Virus record (IMG/VR): IMGVR_UViG_3300005512_005684
Location: 39,003-103,002 of that record
DNA: 64,000 nt
Strand: one strand, 5' to 3'
Source of the DNA: a virus
Taxonomy: Duplodnaviria > Heunggongvirae > Uroviricota > Caudoviricetes
Shown here in pieces: positions 30,285 through 43,126 of this stretch. The notes under the pieces were generated by a model, which ran no database searches, was not told where the DNA came from, and worked only from the letters and a program-made list of their open reading frames with translations. How positions within the stretch are numbered: position 1 is the first letter of the stretch; each line of letters begins with the position of its first letter. The translations under genes and the position numbers were made by a program.

Positions 30285-31656
30285 TGGCCAAGAAAAAGCG
30301 TGTGATCTGCGATATACACGACGACATTCACAATCTCGCACAGGCGTTGGCGAAAGACAAAGACGAATCGCCGGAGGGTTTTCGCACGAGAGTGAAGCGA
30401 ATAGCCGGAAGGATTATGGAGTTGGTGGAAGAGGCGAACGACAGGGGCGCAGCAATGGAAATGCGCCTTGTTGAATACTCTGAGGCGATCCACGGCTTAG
30501 GATTCGTTAGAGAGCCTCCTACGAAGCCTGAGAGCGAGTCTGAGCCGCAGCGTGTTGGTCGGATGGAAGGCTTGTGATAGGATGCTTGCCACTTCCGAAT
30601 AAGTGGTGAGAGTTTGGCAAGGAAATAGGAGTGAATAATGCTCAAACAGGAAGTGTGTGTTGCGTGTGCTTTGTCAGCCGATCCAGAGTTTGGTTGCGAC
30701 GCGGTTACTGTTCGTGGTGATTGGGAGACAGTTGGAGTTGTGATTTGTCCGATTGCGGGCACTGAGGAGGACCCGGTTGCGAAGGTCGAAGAACCTCCGC
30801 CACGTTGGTGTCCTTATATCTCTGCACATGAAGGGGGTGAATTCATGCCACCGACGATTTCGATACCGGTAGAGCTTGCGAAGACTATTCTGAGTGCCTT
30901 GGCGGATCCGTTTGCAGAGGTTGGTACGGAGGCGTTGCCGGAGTACTACTACGAACTCAAGAAACTCGTGGACGCGTACCATGCCGATCAGGAGAGACAG
31001 GCATTAGAGGCTACCGAGGAAGAGGGTGACTGAATGGCTCATTACATGAATCATCGGGAAGAGAAAACGGCGCGAGCCGAGGCCGAGGAAGCCTTGGCCA
31101 AGCTGCGGAATCCAGACAAATGGAAGGTCTCGATCTTCGGTGGTGGAAGCCAACATCGAAACTGTTACGGTTGGGTCCTCCGTTGTGGCAACTTGAAGAT
31201 TGAGGTTGGTGAAGAGTATCGAGGGTATTGTGCCGTCTTTGAGATTCCCGGTATGGAGTTCCCGCCGTGGACTGAGGACGAAGACCCACAGGCTGCGGTG
31301 GATGTGGTAGTCGGGAGTGCTCGGCGATATTCGACAGAGATTCAGGGCATAGTGGAAACCGTAGAGGGGGTGTAAAAGATGGGTGCGCTACCAGATGGTC
31401 ATGTGCTAGATGGTGGTCTTGTCGTTTCAAGGAAAGGCGGATACTACGTCGCCGTCTATCGGTGTAAGTGTGGTCGAGAGCAGACGGGTCGTACAACGGT
31501 GACAGAACAAATGCCGGACTTTGGTCAAAAGGGAATCTTGCCGGAGACGGTCGAGCGTTTCGGCTGGAGGAGGATCGACGGGAAGTGGGAATGTCCGTTT
31601 TGTACGGGTAACACCGAGGCGTTGAACAATTTCTTTAATGCTCGTGGGAGAGAACC

Positions 31657-32385
31657 ATGAAGATAGTTGGTGCAGCATCCGAATGCCATCGTAAGCAGAT
31701 GGAACACCTGGGTAATTTTTGCCAGGCGGACGTGGTGAAGTATGAGGATCGGGGACAGGGTGAGACGTATTTGATCACTCGTGGCAAAGACACACTGGAG
31801 ATAAGGGCGTGTGCGAGTAGGTTTGAGGGTGGCTTCCTTGCGGTCGAGTGTGGACTTGATCCGTTGAAGGTACTCGGGTCGGAAAGTGATCCGAATATCG
31901 TGGAAGCACCGGATCAGACCACGTTCAAGTTGACCGAGCGACCAATGACTTGGGACGAGTACCTACTCCGCATTGCTCAGACGGTCTCGTTGAAGTCGAA
32001 GGATCCGAGTACGAAAGTCGGAGCGGTGATCGTGGGGCCGGCACACGAGATACGCACGACAGGGTTTAACGGTGCACCGATGGGTTGTGACGAGTGTCAC
32101 GAGAGGCCGAAGAAACTCTTGGTAACGGAGCACGCCGAGCGGAACGCGATCTTCCTTGCGTCTCGGTTCGGCACACCGCTACTCGGTTGTACGCTCTACA
32201 TGAACGTGGATGTTCCTCCGTGTGCGGAGTGTGCGCGAGCGATTATCAATGCGGGGATTGTGCGCGTGGTCGGTGTCTCTGGGCGCAAGTGGGGCAAGGG
32301 TGACTGGGAAGAAAGTCGCGAGACCGCGATAGAGTTGCTGGAAAAGGCCGAGATACCGATGGACTCGATTGAGGTTGAGCTATGA
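31657..32385 (+). CDS. dCMP deaminase with N-terminal extension
   Basis: SKDPSTKVGAVIV, GFNG, HAERNAI, PCAEC. Confidence 0.9.
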   Translation: MKIVGAASECHRKQMEHLGNFCQADVVKYEDRGQGETYLITRGKDTLEIRACASRFEGGFLAVECGLDPLKVLGSESDPNIVEAPDQTTFKLTERPMTWDEYLLRIAQTVSLKSKDPSTKVGAVIVGPAHEIRTTGFNGAPMGCDECHERPKKLLVTEHAERNAIFLASRFGTPLLGCTLYMNVDVPPCAECARAIINAGIVRVVGVSGRKWGKGDWEESRETAIELLEKAEIPMDSIEVEL

Positions 32386-32752
32386 GAGTTCTTGGCTATA
32401 CGGCATCGTCAATGTTGTGTTTTGCTGTGGGTATTGCGTTTGTTTTCGTGAAGGATGTCGAGTTCTCTCGAAAGGTCGCGGAGAATCTTCACGTTATCGT
32501 TCTCATTGGCTTCGGCGGTGTCTTCGCAGACATTGCGTATCGGGCGAGCAAAGAAAATGAAAGCTCGTAACAGACCCTACAGAGTGCGGGCTTCGACGAA
32601 GGGACATTGCTGGGTCCTGATTGGTCGTCGAGGGCCGAATGGTAAGTGGGGATTCTATAGATGTGGGAGTAGTTCCATGAAGTGTTTTACAGGGCATTGA
32701 AGCCGTTTACGAGTTTGTATGGACGGTATGCAAAAGAGCACGAGGTCTAAAG

Positions 32753-33238
32753 ATGATCTACTGGTTCAGTGACAAGCAGTGGGAGGAAGCTCACAAGAAA
32801 TCTGTTCGCAAGAGCACGAAGACTTGGAAAGAGCGGAGAGACGTGGATGCTGTGGCGAAGCACGCCGTGGTGAAGTGTCTCCCGGTGACCTGGGGGGAGA
32901 AAGACTATCGGTTCACGAAGTGGTCGGTGAGTGGTCATCGTGTCACGGGGATTCGAGTGTGTGCTACGGAGTTCGACAGTGGCAATTTGGTCGTGAAAGA
33001 GGACGAGTCCAAGTACCGGGTGTGTCTCTTGGTCATTGTCGATCTTCGGCGCAGAAAGGTCGCGTTCCGCGGTTGGGCGTACGCTCATGAAGCAATGAAA
33101 AAGCAGTTCTATGCTGGAATACCCAGAGGTGGTAGCAAGGTTAAGACCTATCGTGTTCCGGCGCTCTTTCTGAGGCCGATGTCTGAGTTGAAAGAGAACC
33201 TTGAAAGGGATAAAGACTCGGTGAATCCGAATGGCTGA
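32753..33238 (+). CDS. hypothetical protein
   Basis: 161-aa ORF in the tiling; catalytic residues not recognisable. Confidence 0.55.
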   Translation: MIYWFSDKQWEEAHKKSVRKSTKTWKERRDVDAVAKHAVVKCLPVTWGEKDYRFTKWSVSGHRVTGIRVCATEFDSGNLVVKEDESKYRVCLLVIVDLRRRKVAFRGWAYAHEAMKKQFYAGIPRGGSKVKTYRVPALFLRPMSELKENLERDKDSVNPNG

Positions 33239-33818
33239 GGAACTGAAAGTCCCATGCTGCAAGGAAGAACACACGACGAAGTACTGTCCTCATTGCGGGC
33301 GGCGATTGCAGCGTGACTTGTGGGAGTTGGTCGAGTTCTGCCGGGTCATGTCGGGTGAAGGTGGTGAGGTCAAACTTGACGACGTGAAGTTCTGCCAGGA
33401 AGCCTTCAAGAGCCTGGGCGATCAGCTTGCTCAGTTACTCCGTGAGCGGATGACAGGGAAGACGAGGAAGGTTGTCCCCCGGCAATCGCAAGGGACACAA
33501 CTGCCGTTGGTAAAGACTCAGAGTGGTGAGCGAGACCGGAGGATTGTCGAGTTCTTCCAGAGTACGAACAACGAGTTTGCGACCGCACGCGAGATTGCTG
33601 GCTCAGTAGAGTTGAGTAGAGCGAGTGTGTACGAGACGTTGCACCGGAAGATGGACACGTTGTACGAGCGACGGAAGTCGGAGCTTGGGAAGATTAGGGT
33701 CGAGTGGCGACTCCGAACTTCGACGGTTGTCGAGGGGAAGGGGAATGGTGGCGAGGATCACTCCGAGGTGGTGCGGGGTAGCGCCAGTGTGACAGAACGA
33801 GTTCCGGCTACGGCGTGA
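33231..33818 (+). CDS. Zn-ribbon + winged HTH protein
   Basis: YCPHCG; ATAREIAGSVELSRASVYETL. Confidence 0.55.
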   Translation: MAEELKVPCCKEEHTTKYCPHCGRRLQRDLWELVEFCRVMSGEGGEVKLDDVKFCQEAFKSLGDQLAQLLRERMTGKTRKVVPRQSQGTQLPLVKTQSGERDRRIVEFFQSTNNEFATAREIAGSVELSRASVYETLHRKMDTLYERRKSELGKIRVEWRLRTSTVVEGKGNGGEDHSEVVRGSASVTERVPATA

Positions 33819-35920
33819 AAGTGGTTTGCACGGGTGTTTCAGGTCGTTTCGTGGGAGTTGTTGTCGAGCTTTCGGATGTGCGCCAAGGTGCCGCTATGCC
33901 ACTTGACAGCTAGTTGCCGGTCTGCGACAATTCCCAACCTTATCCCATTTTCTTTGCTGGTTTTGCCGGTTGCTCCTGGAGGGTCTCTTGGTATGGACAT
34001 TGATCATTTTTCAATCGAATTTCTTTCAGCGGCGTCAGCTTTGGGCAGAAGTGTTGATGAACTTAACGTCACGCTTTACTCTCGGCAGATTCCGCTTCGT
34101 GCGGTGGTTAATTTCTATCTTGAACGCAACTTCCTGTCCGTGGTCTTTGATCGGGACAAGACTCCTGAGCGGCTCGGAGGTCCGAAGGTGCCTGAGAGAC
34201 AGGTGGATGCTTTCCCCGCTTCAAACTTCGATGTGATACGACGAACGTTGAAGCGGAAGGGAGTAGAGGAACAACTGATCTCCGTGATAGTCAGTGTAGA
34301 TTCCTGGTTTCTCGCGTTAATAAAGGTCGAGGAGTGAAGAGTAGCGAGGAAGAGTTCGCGAGGTGGAGGTTGGAGCAGTCTGGTCGTGACGCGATGACCG
34401 TGGCTGAGTTGCGAGAGCTTTTGGGAGAGGAGCATCTGGAGTGTGAGCTTTGTACGAGATTCGATCTCGAAGACGAGTGTTGTAAGAAAGACCGACGACC
34501 GCGGAAGGTGAGATTGCTCGACGGCCCGAATACTGAGTGTCACATCCACCAGTCGTGTACGAACTTCGACATGGCAAAGACAGATACCGACCTCTCCGGG
34601 CTTAGACGATACTGGGCGAAGGGAGTGGCGTTTTGAAGCCTTCGACAGAAAGGTTGACAAGATGGCCAAGGGAGATCGAGGTAAGTGGGCAGCTATCGCA
34701 TTGAGCCGCGGTCAGGCTATCGAGGAAGCCTTGGAGATCGTGGAAGCACTCGCCGAGCAAGGCCAATTAGCTGACGTTGATCAGGATCAGTACTCACACG
34801 ACGACATTGAACCAGTGGCGGATTTGATCCTGAGAGCACGTGGTGTCCGAGAGCAGTGTACGACCTTTGGACTTGGGAGGGAATAATGCCAGACCCTTTG
34901 AAAGTTACGTTGTCGGATGAAGTGAAGGGAGATACGCTCGTACATCTTGGAGGACTTTTGACACTGAATGATTGTTCGGTGACTATGGCGAGCCTGACGT
35001 GTCTGGAGACCCTGCGGTTACCAGGAACGAAGGAGGTCATTGGACAGTTTCTTTCGGGTGTTTCCGGTGAAGTTAAAGACGAAGGAAAAGAGGTTTTGAA
35101 CCGCGCTTTAGATGTATATCGGGAGTTGTTGTGAGCATTGCCGACGCTGTTCAAGTGCCCAAGGGCGCGTTCAAACTTCCGTTTTGTGATCACACGGACA
35201 GGTCGGTGAGTGATTGCACGTGTGATTCCTGTGAAGGTCTCACCCCGATTGCTTCGCATCCGGTGTGGGTTCGTACTTGGAGGGCGCGTTATCGGAACAA
35301 AAAGTACAGGGGGAGGAGTCCGTTCAAGGAACGCTTCCCCACCGATATGTTCTTGAAGATCGAATGTGAAGTGGCACTTGAGCAAGAGTCGGAAGTGGAA
35401 GAGTTGGCACGCCAGGGTGCACCACACGCGTACGAGTTGATTGAGGTCTTTCCGATAGACGACCAGGGTAACCGAATCGAGGACGAGTCATGCACGGAAG
35501 GGTCTTGAACAGGATACCGATCTTCCTGGAGGGGCCGGGCACGTACCTGGAGATCATGCCGGGAACGGTGATTGAGTTGCAGAATATCGCAGAGCGGTTG
35601 TCTGGCAGAGTGGCGGTGAACAAGGGAGTGTTTGTGTCATTCTCTGTCAGTGTGAAGGATGTTAAGCCGCTTTCTGAGGAGTGGGAGTTCAAGGGAGTGA
35701 AGCATACGCGGAATCCTTCGTGTTGCTCGTCAGTGGGAAGATGTCAAGGGTGTGGGGGAAGACTTCACCAGTCGTATTCTGACGGTGAGACTTGGCACCA
35801 ATGTGAGGACTGCGAGGTAGATAAATGAGTGACCCTCTGAGTGGAACACTGAGAAACGTTCGCCTTGCCTTGGCTGAGAGTGGCTACGAGTTAGTTCGAT
35901 TCGTTTTGGGGGTGGAGTGA

Positions 35921-36448
35921 ATGTCTGACAAGGAAGCCTTGAAAGCGTTGAAAGGAAAGAGTCTGGAGGGATTGTACGTCCTCGACAAGAACCGGCGTCC
36001 TCGCAAGGCCCGCAATCTCTTGGAGTTTGCAAGGTGTCTCGGTGACGACGAGAGACGACGTGTGGGATTGACGAAGGTCAAAGGAAAGACAGAGAGCGTC
36101 CAGGTGAGCACCGTGTTCTTAGGCATTGATCTTAGTGGTGAACGACGAGTCTTTGAGACGATGTTGTTTGGCAAAGGTTGGAATGCTTCGAGGCATTTGT
36201 CTAGTACGTGGGAGACGGCTGAAAGAAATCACGATGCTCTGGTTCTGTACGTTGAGTACGAGTTAGCGAACAGCGGAGAGCTTACCAGGCGTCGTTACAG
36301 GGATATTCTGAAGACCAAAACCCTTGAGCAGTTGGAACATATCGTGAAGAACGTGGTGAGTGTGTGTGTCCCTGGGGGTCGCGTGACCAAGGAAGTGTTG
36401 ATTAAGCACATTCTCAGTGACATCTTTTCTGGGAGACGCAAACGGTGA
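35921..36448 (+). CDS. phage hypothetical protein
   Basis: VSTVFLGID...VFETMLFG; GGAG RBS. Confidence 0.55.
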   Translation: MSDKEALKALKGKSLEGLYVLDKNRRPRKARNLLEFARCLGDDERRRVGLTKVKGKTESVQVSTVFLGIDLSGERRVFETMLFGKGWNASRHLSSTWETAERNHDALVLYVEYELANSGELTRRRYRDILKTKTLEQLEHIVKNVVSVCVPGGRVTKEVLIKHILSDIFSGRRKR

Positions 36449-39375
36449 GTATCGCAATTGACACGGTGGCGGAGTTGGCTCGAAAGAACGGTCTCACGAA
36501 CGTGGTCGTTCTGGCTCACGACGGGAAGACGGAACACGTAGCGACGTTTGGTGATACGGAGGAAGCGGCGCGAAACTCGGCGGCAATGGGCGATCAAGTC
36601 AAGACATTTTGTGAGTGGCCAGAGGGACTCAAAGGGGCGCAGCCTGCGGCGCGCCGTGCGTTCCTGGTATGTCCTCATTGTCTCCATGAGAGCGGAGAGG
36701 GAGCGACGTTGAAGCTCACGGGGTGTACATCGGCGACGGTGTTGTGCGACAATTGCGCGCGGGAGTATCGGGTGATCTTTCACGCGCCGCTGGAGTTCAC
36801 GTGTCTGGATCGTGACGGCCTTGATTCGGAGGACAGGTAAATGGCTCAAGCTGAGGAAGTTCTTAATAGCTCAAAGCTGCGACTGTGTGAGATTCTGGGA
36901 GAGGAAGACGGAGATAAATCTTTGGCCGAGTTGATCGATCAGGTGGGGGGTGCGGTGCAAGAACGAGACAAGCTGAAGGAAGCGGGCGTGCCAACGATCA
37001 TCGTGGACATGCAATGAGTGTGGAACTCCGTGTGTAGTTCGGGTCGAGTTCACAAAGGACAAGATGCCCGAGCACCTACAACATACAGAACGTTTCGGGA
37101 AGATGTGTGTATGTGGGGAAAGCCGATTCCCATGTTGGAATAAAGAGGTCACCAAAAAAGAGGAGCTTGACAAGGAACGCAATCACATCGACTTTCACCG
37201 GCTTTGGACGGCATGTGTGGAATCGCCAAGTTACTCGAAGATACCTTGGCGAGACATCCAAACGCAGTTGACTCAAGCAGGTGTGATACCCGTTTGAAAA
37301 AGGAGACTGAAATGCCTCACTTCGATCAAGAGTACTGCGACCGGTTTAAGGGCAAGACTATCGAGAGGATCGATCCGACGCCGCTTGGCACATGCCACAA
37401 TCACGTGATCGTCATGCGTTTCACGGACGGCACGTCTCTGGAGATTGCCTCGATCAGTAGGACAGAGGTGCACCACCGTGGTACTTTGATTGCCAACGCC
37501 CGCAAAGCGGAAGACGACCCGGAGGGAGATCGGGAGCGGACGGACGATGAATATCAGATGGAAGGGTGAATCATGAAGCCTTGGGTGGGGGTCATAACAC
37601 TTGTGTCCGGTGTCACGTTGTTCGTGCTTGGTGTGTTGTACGGATTGCTGACAGAGGAAGATTCTAGCACGAGACTCTTTTATGTAGGGACGATTACGGT
37701 GGTGGTGGTTGGTGGCGGTCTGACGTTGACGGCGTTGTGGATGGATCACAGTTCTCGAAAGAGGGAGATTAACCGCTTTGAGTCGGCTTTGGGAATCCTG
37801 CTCACGAATAATGACGAGTTCTTAGCGACGGCGCGTGATCATGGTGATATTGAAATGATCGCGCGCCTGGAGTTGAGTGAAGGGACGATTTTGGAAATGA
37901 AGTCGTGTGTTGCTGACTATCGTGAAGGGAAGATTGATCGTTACACCTTTACTATGCGAATGGGTGTGTGCGAGGCTGGAATTAAGGTTTGTCAAGCTCA
38001 GATTCGGTGCATGATGGAAGAGAGGGGAATGGTATGACCAAAGTTCACTACTTTGTCTCGTGGACGGTGGAAGCTATTGAGCATGTTCAAGACCAGGAGT
38101 CCGTAAAGGTGACGCTTCGGGGGAATTCGTTCGTAGATACAGAGGAAGTGACGGACAAGGATACACTGGCGAAGATGCGTACGGAGATCGTGAGAGGGAT
38201 CATGCGCTCGACGAATGAGGAAGGGCGTCATGTAGAGATCAAAGAGCCAATCTTCATTTTGTTCTTCAACGAGATCGTGAGGACGAAGATATGACACCTG
38301 AGTTGGTTACACTCTACGAGGTCTGGACGACGATCAACGAGGAAGGGGATTGGGGAGAGCACGTGTGCACGGTGCCTGACAGGGAAGAAGCCGGGCGGCG
38401 AGCGAAGCGTGCGGGTTTCGGCGGATCGAACGGGGCAATAACAGAGGTGCCAGGGATCAAGATGCCGAGTGGCCGGGTGCTCAAGTTTCAAGTGCTCCTG
38501 GACGTTTCTGCGAAGCCGAGAATGGAAAAAGCCGATCAGCGGTTCAAGAGCGATAAAGAACGGGCGTACGTTCACGGGTACATCGAAGGCTCGGAAGGGA
38601 AGGGGATCACGAATGAGAAAGATTACGATGTGCCAGAACTGTTGCGTTGCTGGAGAAAAGGATGTGGTGACGGCGAACTCGGATATGTCCCGCACCTAGA
38701 CGGAGAGTTGCTCTGGGGAAAGCTCGGTGAAGCAAAATGGAGGTCACAATGAAGACTACGCATACCAATGTCCACAATTTCCTCAATACTGCTGTTGGGG
38801 TTATTCAGGTGGTTCCGTGTGACGAACCTTTGGTCGGTTGCTTTGGCTTCATTCTGGTTGGTGCGAACGGGGCGGGTCGAGAGATCACGTGCAAACTCCA
38901 GAGACAGGTCTTTCCGAAGGTTATGTACACCGTTGACCAGATGCCGGTCGAATTCCTGGACGATGCTCTCAAAAAGCATTGGGCAAATAATCACCACATG
39001 GAGCGGTACGACGAGCCTGTTACTCGTCACGTAGGCTATGTTTGTCTGACGTGCAAGGTGCATTGTCGGATGCTTGTCAGCGGGTTTAAGGAAGCGGGTG
39101 AGAGTGCCAGGAGAGATTTCGAGGTCTTCGATCAACAAGTGGCAAAGACGTGGAAAGAGACGGGGACTGGAGAGAATGTCGACACGGATGGCGGACCTAG
39201 TTTCTTGTGAGGTAGAATTATGAAAGAGCCAATGTGTCCTCGTTGTAAGACAGGTCAAGTGAGACGCACTCAGAATCCAGAAGATTCGCACCAGATGGGT
39301 GGAAATCCGATTTTTCACTATGAGTGTAGTTGCGGTCATAAGTTTATATTTGTTCCTCATTGCGTGAGGTGAGAA

Positions 39376-39690
39376 ATGACTCAATTCGAGGTAGAACTGA
39401 GAGAGTTGATCAACCGCAATAGCATGGAGAACGGGTCGGACACGCCGGACTTCATTCTGGCGGAGTACCTTAGCCGTTGTCTGGAGACGTTTGATGCTAT
39501 TGTGGTGAAGCGCGCGGAGTGGTACGGCCAGTATGGTAAGACGTTCGCGGCCGAGGTGCGGAAGGGAGGTCTCGGGACACCGGTGCAATTGAGTACCGGG
39601 GTCGGGGGAGCGTCAGGACCCGCAGCGAACCTGGAGGATTGTCAACGACCGGCTAAGCCTTTGAAGAAATGGGACAGAGCAGGGAGGTAG
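39376..39690 (+). CDS. phage hypothetical protein
   Basis: ELINRNSMENGSDTPDFILAEYL...WYG; GAGGTG RBS. Confidence 0.55.
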   Translation: MTQFEVELRELINRNSMENGSDTPDFILAEYLSRCLETFDAIVVKRAEWYGQYGKTFAAEVRKGGLGTPVQLSTGVGGASGPAANLEDCQRPAKPLKKWDRAGR

Positions 39691-40235
39691 CAAATGACAC
39701 TGAGTCAGAAAGTTTTGCAATATATCATGTGGCTCCTTACGCTTGGAGCGATAGCCTCAGCTTGGTTTGAGGCTGACATGCACTTTGCCTTACACTACAT
39801 CCTGGCCATTGGCTTTGTGCACGTGGTTATGGAGGCGTGGTACCTTCCTTGGGAGCGGCGCACCCACTATCGACCGTTGTGGCGGTGGATCGTAGTGGGT
39901 GTCTCGTCGTTGCTGACGATTGTGACGTTGACGGCGGAGAGCTACGGAATCCAGGTGGTGACAGGAGACAATGCCGTGTTGTTCAACTCGTTGTTCTGGA
40001 AGATGACCGGCTCGTTCTCCGCGGGTCTTGGGACGGTGATATTCCTCGACTTGATGGTCTGGAAGGTACATGGCCAATACGGTCAGTGACGGGAGGAAAC
40101 CATGAAGTGTCCCGAGTGTGGTGAAAGACTAAGGTTCGAGAGACTACGCGGTTTCAAGTACGCGTTTTGCCCGGATGACAAGGTGTGTAAGTACGTCAAG
40201 GCTGCAACCGTGAAGGCTTTGATCGAAAAGATTCG

Positions 40236-40616
40236 ATGGAAGGGACCGGAGCCGTGTTTTACTGGCTAGTTGGACTTCATTTCTTGAGTGACTGGATTCT
40301 CCAGCCGCGGCGCATGGGAAGGCGAAAGTTTTCCTCGTGGAAGTGGCTCGGGGCGCACATGGCCGTGATCTACTTTTGCTTTGTGATCCCGGCAGACGTG
40401 TGGGGTTGTCCGTGGTGGTACGCAGCCGTGAACATGGTCGTACACGGCTTATAGGACAAAGTGATCTGGAAGGGTTTCGAGTTGGTTCGGGGGCCGTATA
40501 GCGAAGAGTACCTGGAGCACAACAAGTACGCTGAGGACTGGCTTTGGTACTGGACAATTGCTATCGATCAGTTTCTTCACTTGAGCTTTGCTATGTGGCT
40601 CTTTCTCGGAGGGTAG
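40236..40616 (+). pseudogene. DUF3307-like membrane protein interrupted by an in-frame TAG (40452-40454)
   Basis: HFLSDWILQ...H...N..HGL*DKVIW...IDQFLH in one continuous frame. Confidence 0.65.
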
Positions 40617-42576
40617 GGGAAATGCGAGCAACGATTTCGGCTGAGAAAAAGACGTTGGGAAGCCTGAAGGTAGGGAGTTACTTCGTGGTGTTCGGGTCGG
40701 AGAACATTTGTCAACAGACCGTCTCTCCAGGACGGGCGTATGGGAGGTGGCGATAGTGAGTGACTCGGTGCAGTTCGATCTACCAAAGTGTAACGTCGGG
40801 CAGTTGCTCTTCGTACTGAGTGAGCTTCCTCATGACCTGGAAGTACATGTTCCGATCTATCCTCCAGGTGACGACGAGACGAACGATGTCCGGGTCGAGG
40901 TCTTTCGCGGTACCGTGACTATCGAGGGATACGATCCTCCGGCTGAGCAAGCTCGCAGAGATTTCGTTCAGGATACGAGTCTTCCACGTGAAACGCGTGG
41001 TATCGAACCATCCTAATACAGAGAGATATGGCCAGTCAAAGTGATACGTTGGTTACTGCGGTCGAGCGAGCGTGTCAAGAGCCAACACTCGTGGATGCCT
41101 TGACGTTCATTTGTTTGTGGGAGTCGGAGAGGATCGTGAAGCAAGCGAGAGGGAATTCTACGTGGGAGACGTGCTTCAAGACGTGTATTACGGCAGTTAT
41201 GGAGCAATACAGGAGGTGTGATAATGGAAGACAGGAGCAATGCTTGACACTGGGTACGTTGGTGATCACGTCCAGGAGAGAGGAAGAGAGTACGGACTGG
41301 ACTGAAGCAGCGAAGGTGTCCCGTCGCTTTCCAGCGAAGGGTATAGTATGTGGGGAACATGACGCACATGGTCTGACGTACGAGGTTCGTCATCATGTCG
41401 ATGGTTCTATCGGTCATTACGAGCCGGAAGAGTTGATTGCGGTAGTGGTAGATGAACGGGATCCGAATCGTGGTTTAGTGTGTGAGTCAGCATGGCCACC
41501 GGACAGCGCGGACGGCGAGTACGTTGTTCGGTTGTACGACGGCTTTGACAATCACTGGGTCGATGTCTCCCGTCCGGTTAGTCGAGAGGAAGCCTTTGCG
41601 GTTTGGCGAGAGAAAACGGAGGATGGTACTCAGAAATCGTGCTTCGAGGACATTGATTACTTCCGTATCTTTCCGGTTGACAGAGGGAACATGCTTCGTG
41701 CGGCTCGGGACGGTGAGGGTAAACCAATAGCGGTGGTTCTGGGGGACGAATAGAAATGAAGTTGCTGATCTGCGAACCGTGCTCGTGTCCGAAGCCGCGC
41801 CGCTTGGGGCCGAATCCACCGAATCCACCGGGAATGAGAGACGATATTGAACTACCGAAGGAACGGAGGGAAAAAGAATGAGCAGTGGTTCAAAAGACCC
41901 GAGAAAGGAACTGCAACGACGCCTGGAACGTGCCCGAGCGTTGGGTCTGGTTGTGGTCATGATGGGTGTCGCGACGCTGATCATGTGCTTAAACAGGGAA
42001 ATATCTAGAGAGACGAAAGGTTTTCCGGCTTTGGTGTCTCTCTTGCCAGGCTTACTCCTGGTCGGTCTGGGACTTGGCCTGGATTACGTGTATGGGTTTT
42101 ACCGCAGGGTGCGGTACGGTGATCGTTTCGTGTTGTTCCATTAGCAGTGAAAGGAAAAGCAATGTCGTTCCCAATGATCATTATGCGAGAGTCGGGTCGA
42201 GTTCTCCTGGCGCGTGACGCGAGTGACTTGCCACTTCGGAAGCCGTTCACGATTCTCGATATGGGCTTGATGCCTACAGTGAGACAGCTTCGTGAGGAAG
42301 GGTACAAAGTTAAGGTGTACCACTATCGGTTTCCCAAGCGCGAAGACCTTCCTCGGGTCCTCAAGCCACGAAACCAGTTCGGTAAGACAGATACGATGGA
42401 CGAGCGCGGTGGTAAGACGGTGGTCTCGATCACTGAACAAGGGGAAGATGGAGCTTCGGCCTTGGGTACGGCGGTATGTGTCAATACCGACTGCTACTGC
42501 AAGATCGTCGGCGTGGCGCTTGCGAAGAAACGGGCACTTGAAGAGTTGGATTACTTCGGTCTGAGGGGAGGAAGCA

Positions 42577-42858
42577 ATGTCGAAGAAAGGTAAGAAAACC
42601 AAGACCCTTGAGATTGAGGTCTGGGACATCGACAAGATTCGTATGGGCACGCTCGTGCGTGTGACAGAGGGTACTCACGAAGGGAAGGTGAAGTACACGG
42701 GTATCGTCGAGAAAGTTGACGGACACCTCCTTCATGTGAATGTCCTGGTCAAAGGCACCTGGAAGTTCATGACTCACACGGTCATGGCCGGTAACGACGT
42801 GAAGGTCAAAGTGCTTCACGACACCCTTCCGTTCGATCCTTCGTTCATGGAGAAATGA
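42577..42858 (+). CDS. SH3/KOW-like protein
   Basis: GTLVRVT...TGIVEKVD; tandem paralog of the next gene. Confidence 0.5.
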   Translation: MSKKGKKTKTLEIEVWDIDKIRMGTLVRVTEGTHEGKVKYTGIVEKVDGHLLHVNVLVKGTWKFMTHTVMAGNDVKVKVLHDTLPFDPSFMEK

Positions 42859-42862
42859 GAGA

Positions 42863-43126
42863 ATGAGTGCAAGCAATTGTTTGACCCAGGACAGGGCGAC
42901 GAAGTATTGGGACATCGAGAAAGTGTTCGTCGGTGACTTCGTTCGGGTTACGTTGTGTGGGAAGAAAGCGAAGGTACGGACGGGTATGGTGGTGAAGATT
43001 CACAAGGAAGTCTTGCGAGTGGAAACCATTAACCCGAGCAACGGGAAGCGTAAGACAGTGGAACTTGTAGCTGAAGAGAAAGGCTACGAGTTGGAAGTTC
43101 TTCAAAAGGGTGAACCAAGAGAGTGA
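42863..43126 (+). CDS. SH3/KOW-like protein
   Basis: GDFVRVT...TGMVVKIH. Confidence 0.5.
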   Translation: MSASNCLTQDRATKYWDIEKVFVGDFVRVTLCGKKAKVRTGMVVKIHKEVLRVETINPSNGKRKTVELVAEEKGYELEVLQKGEPRE

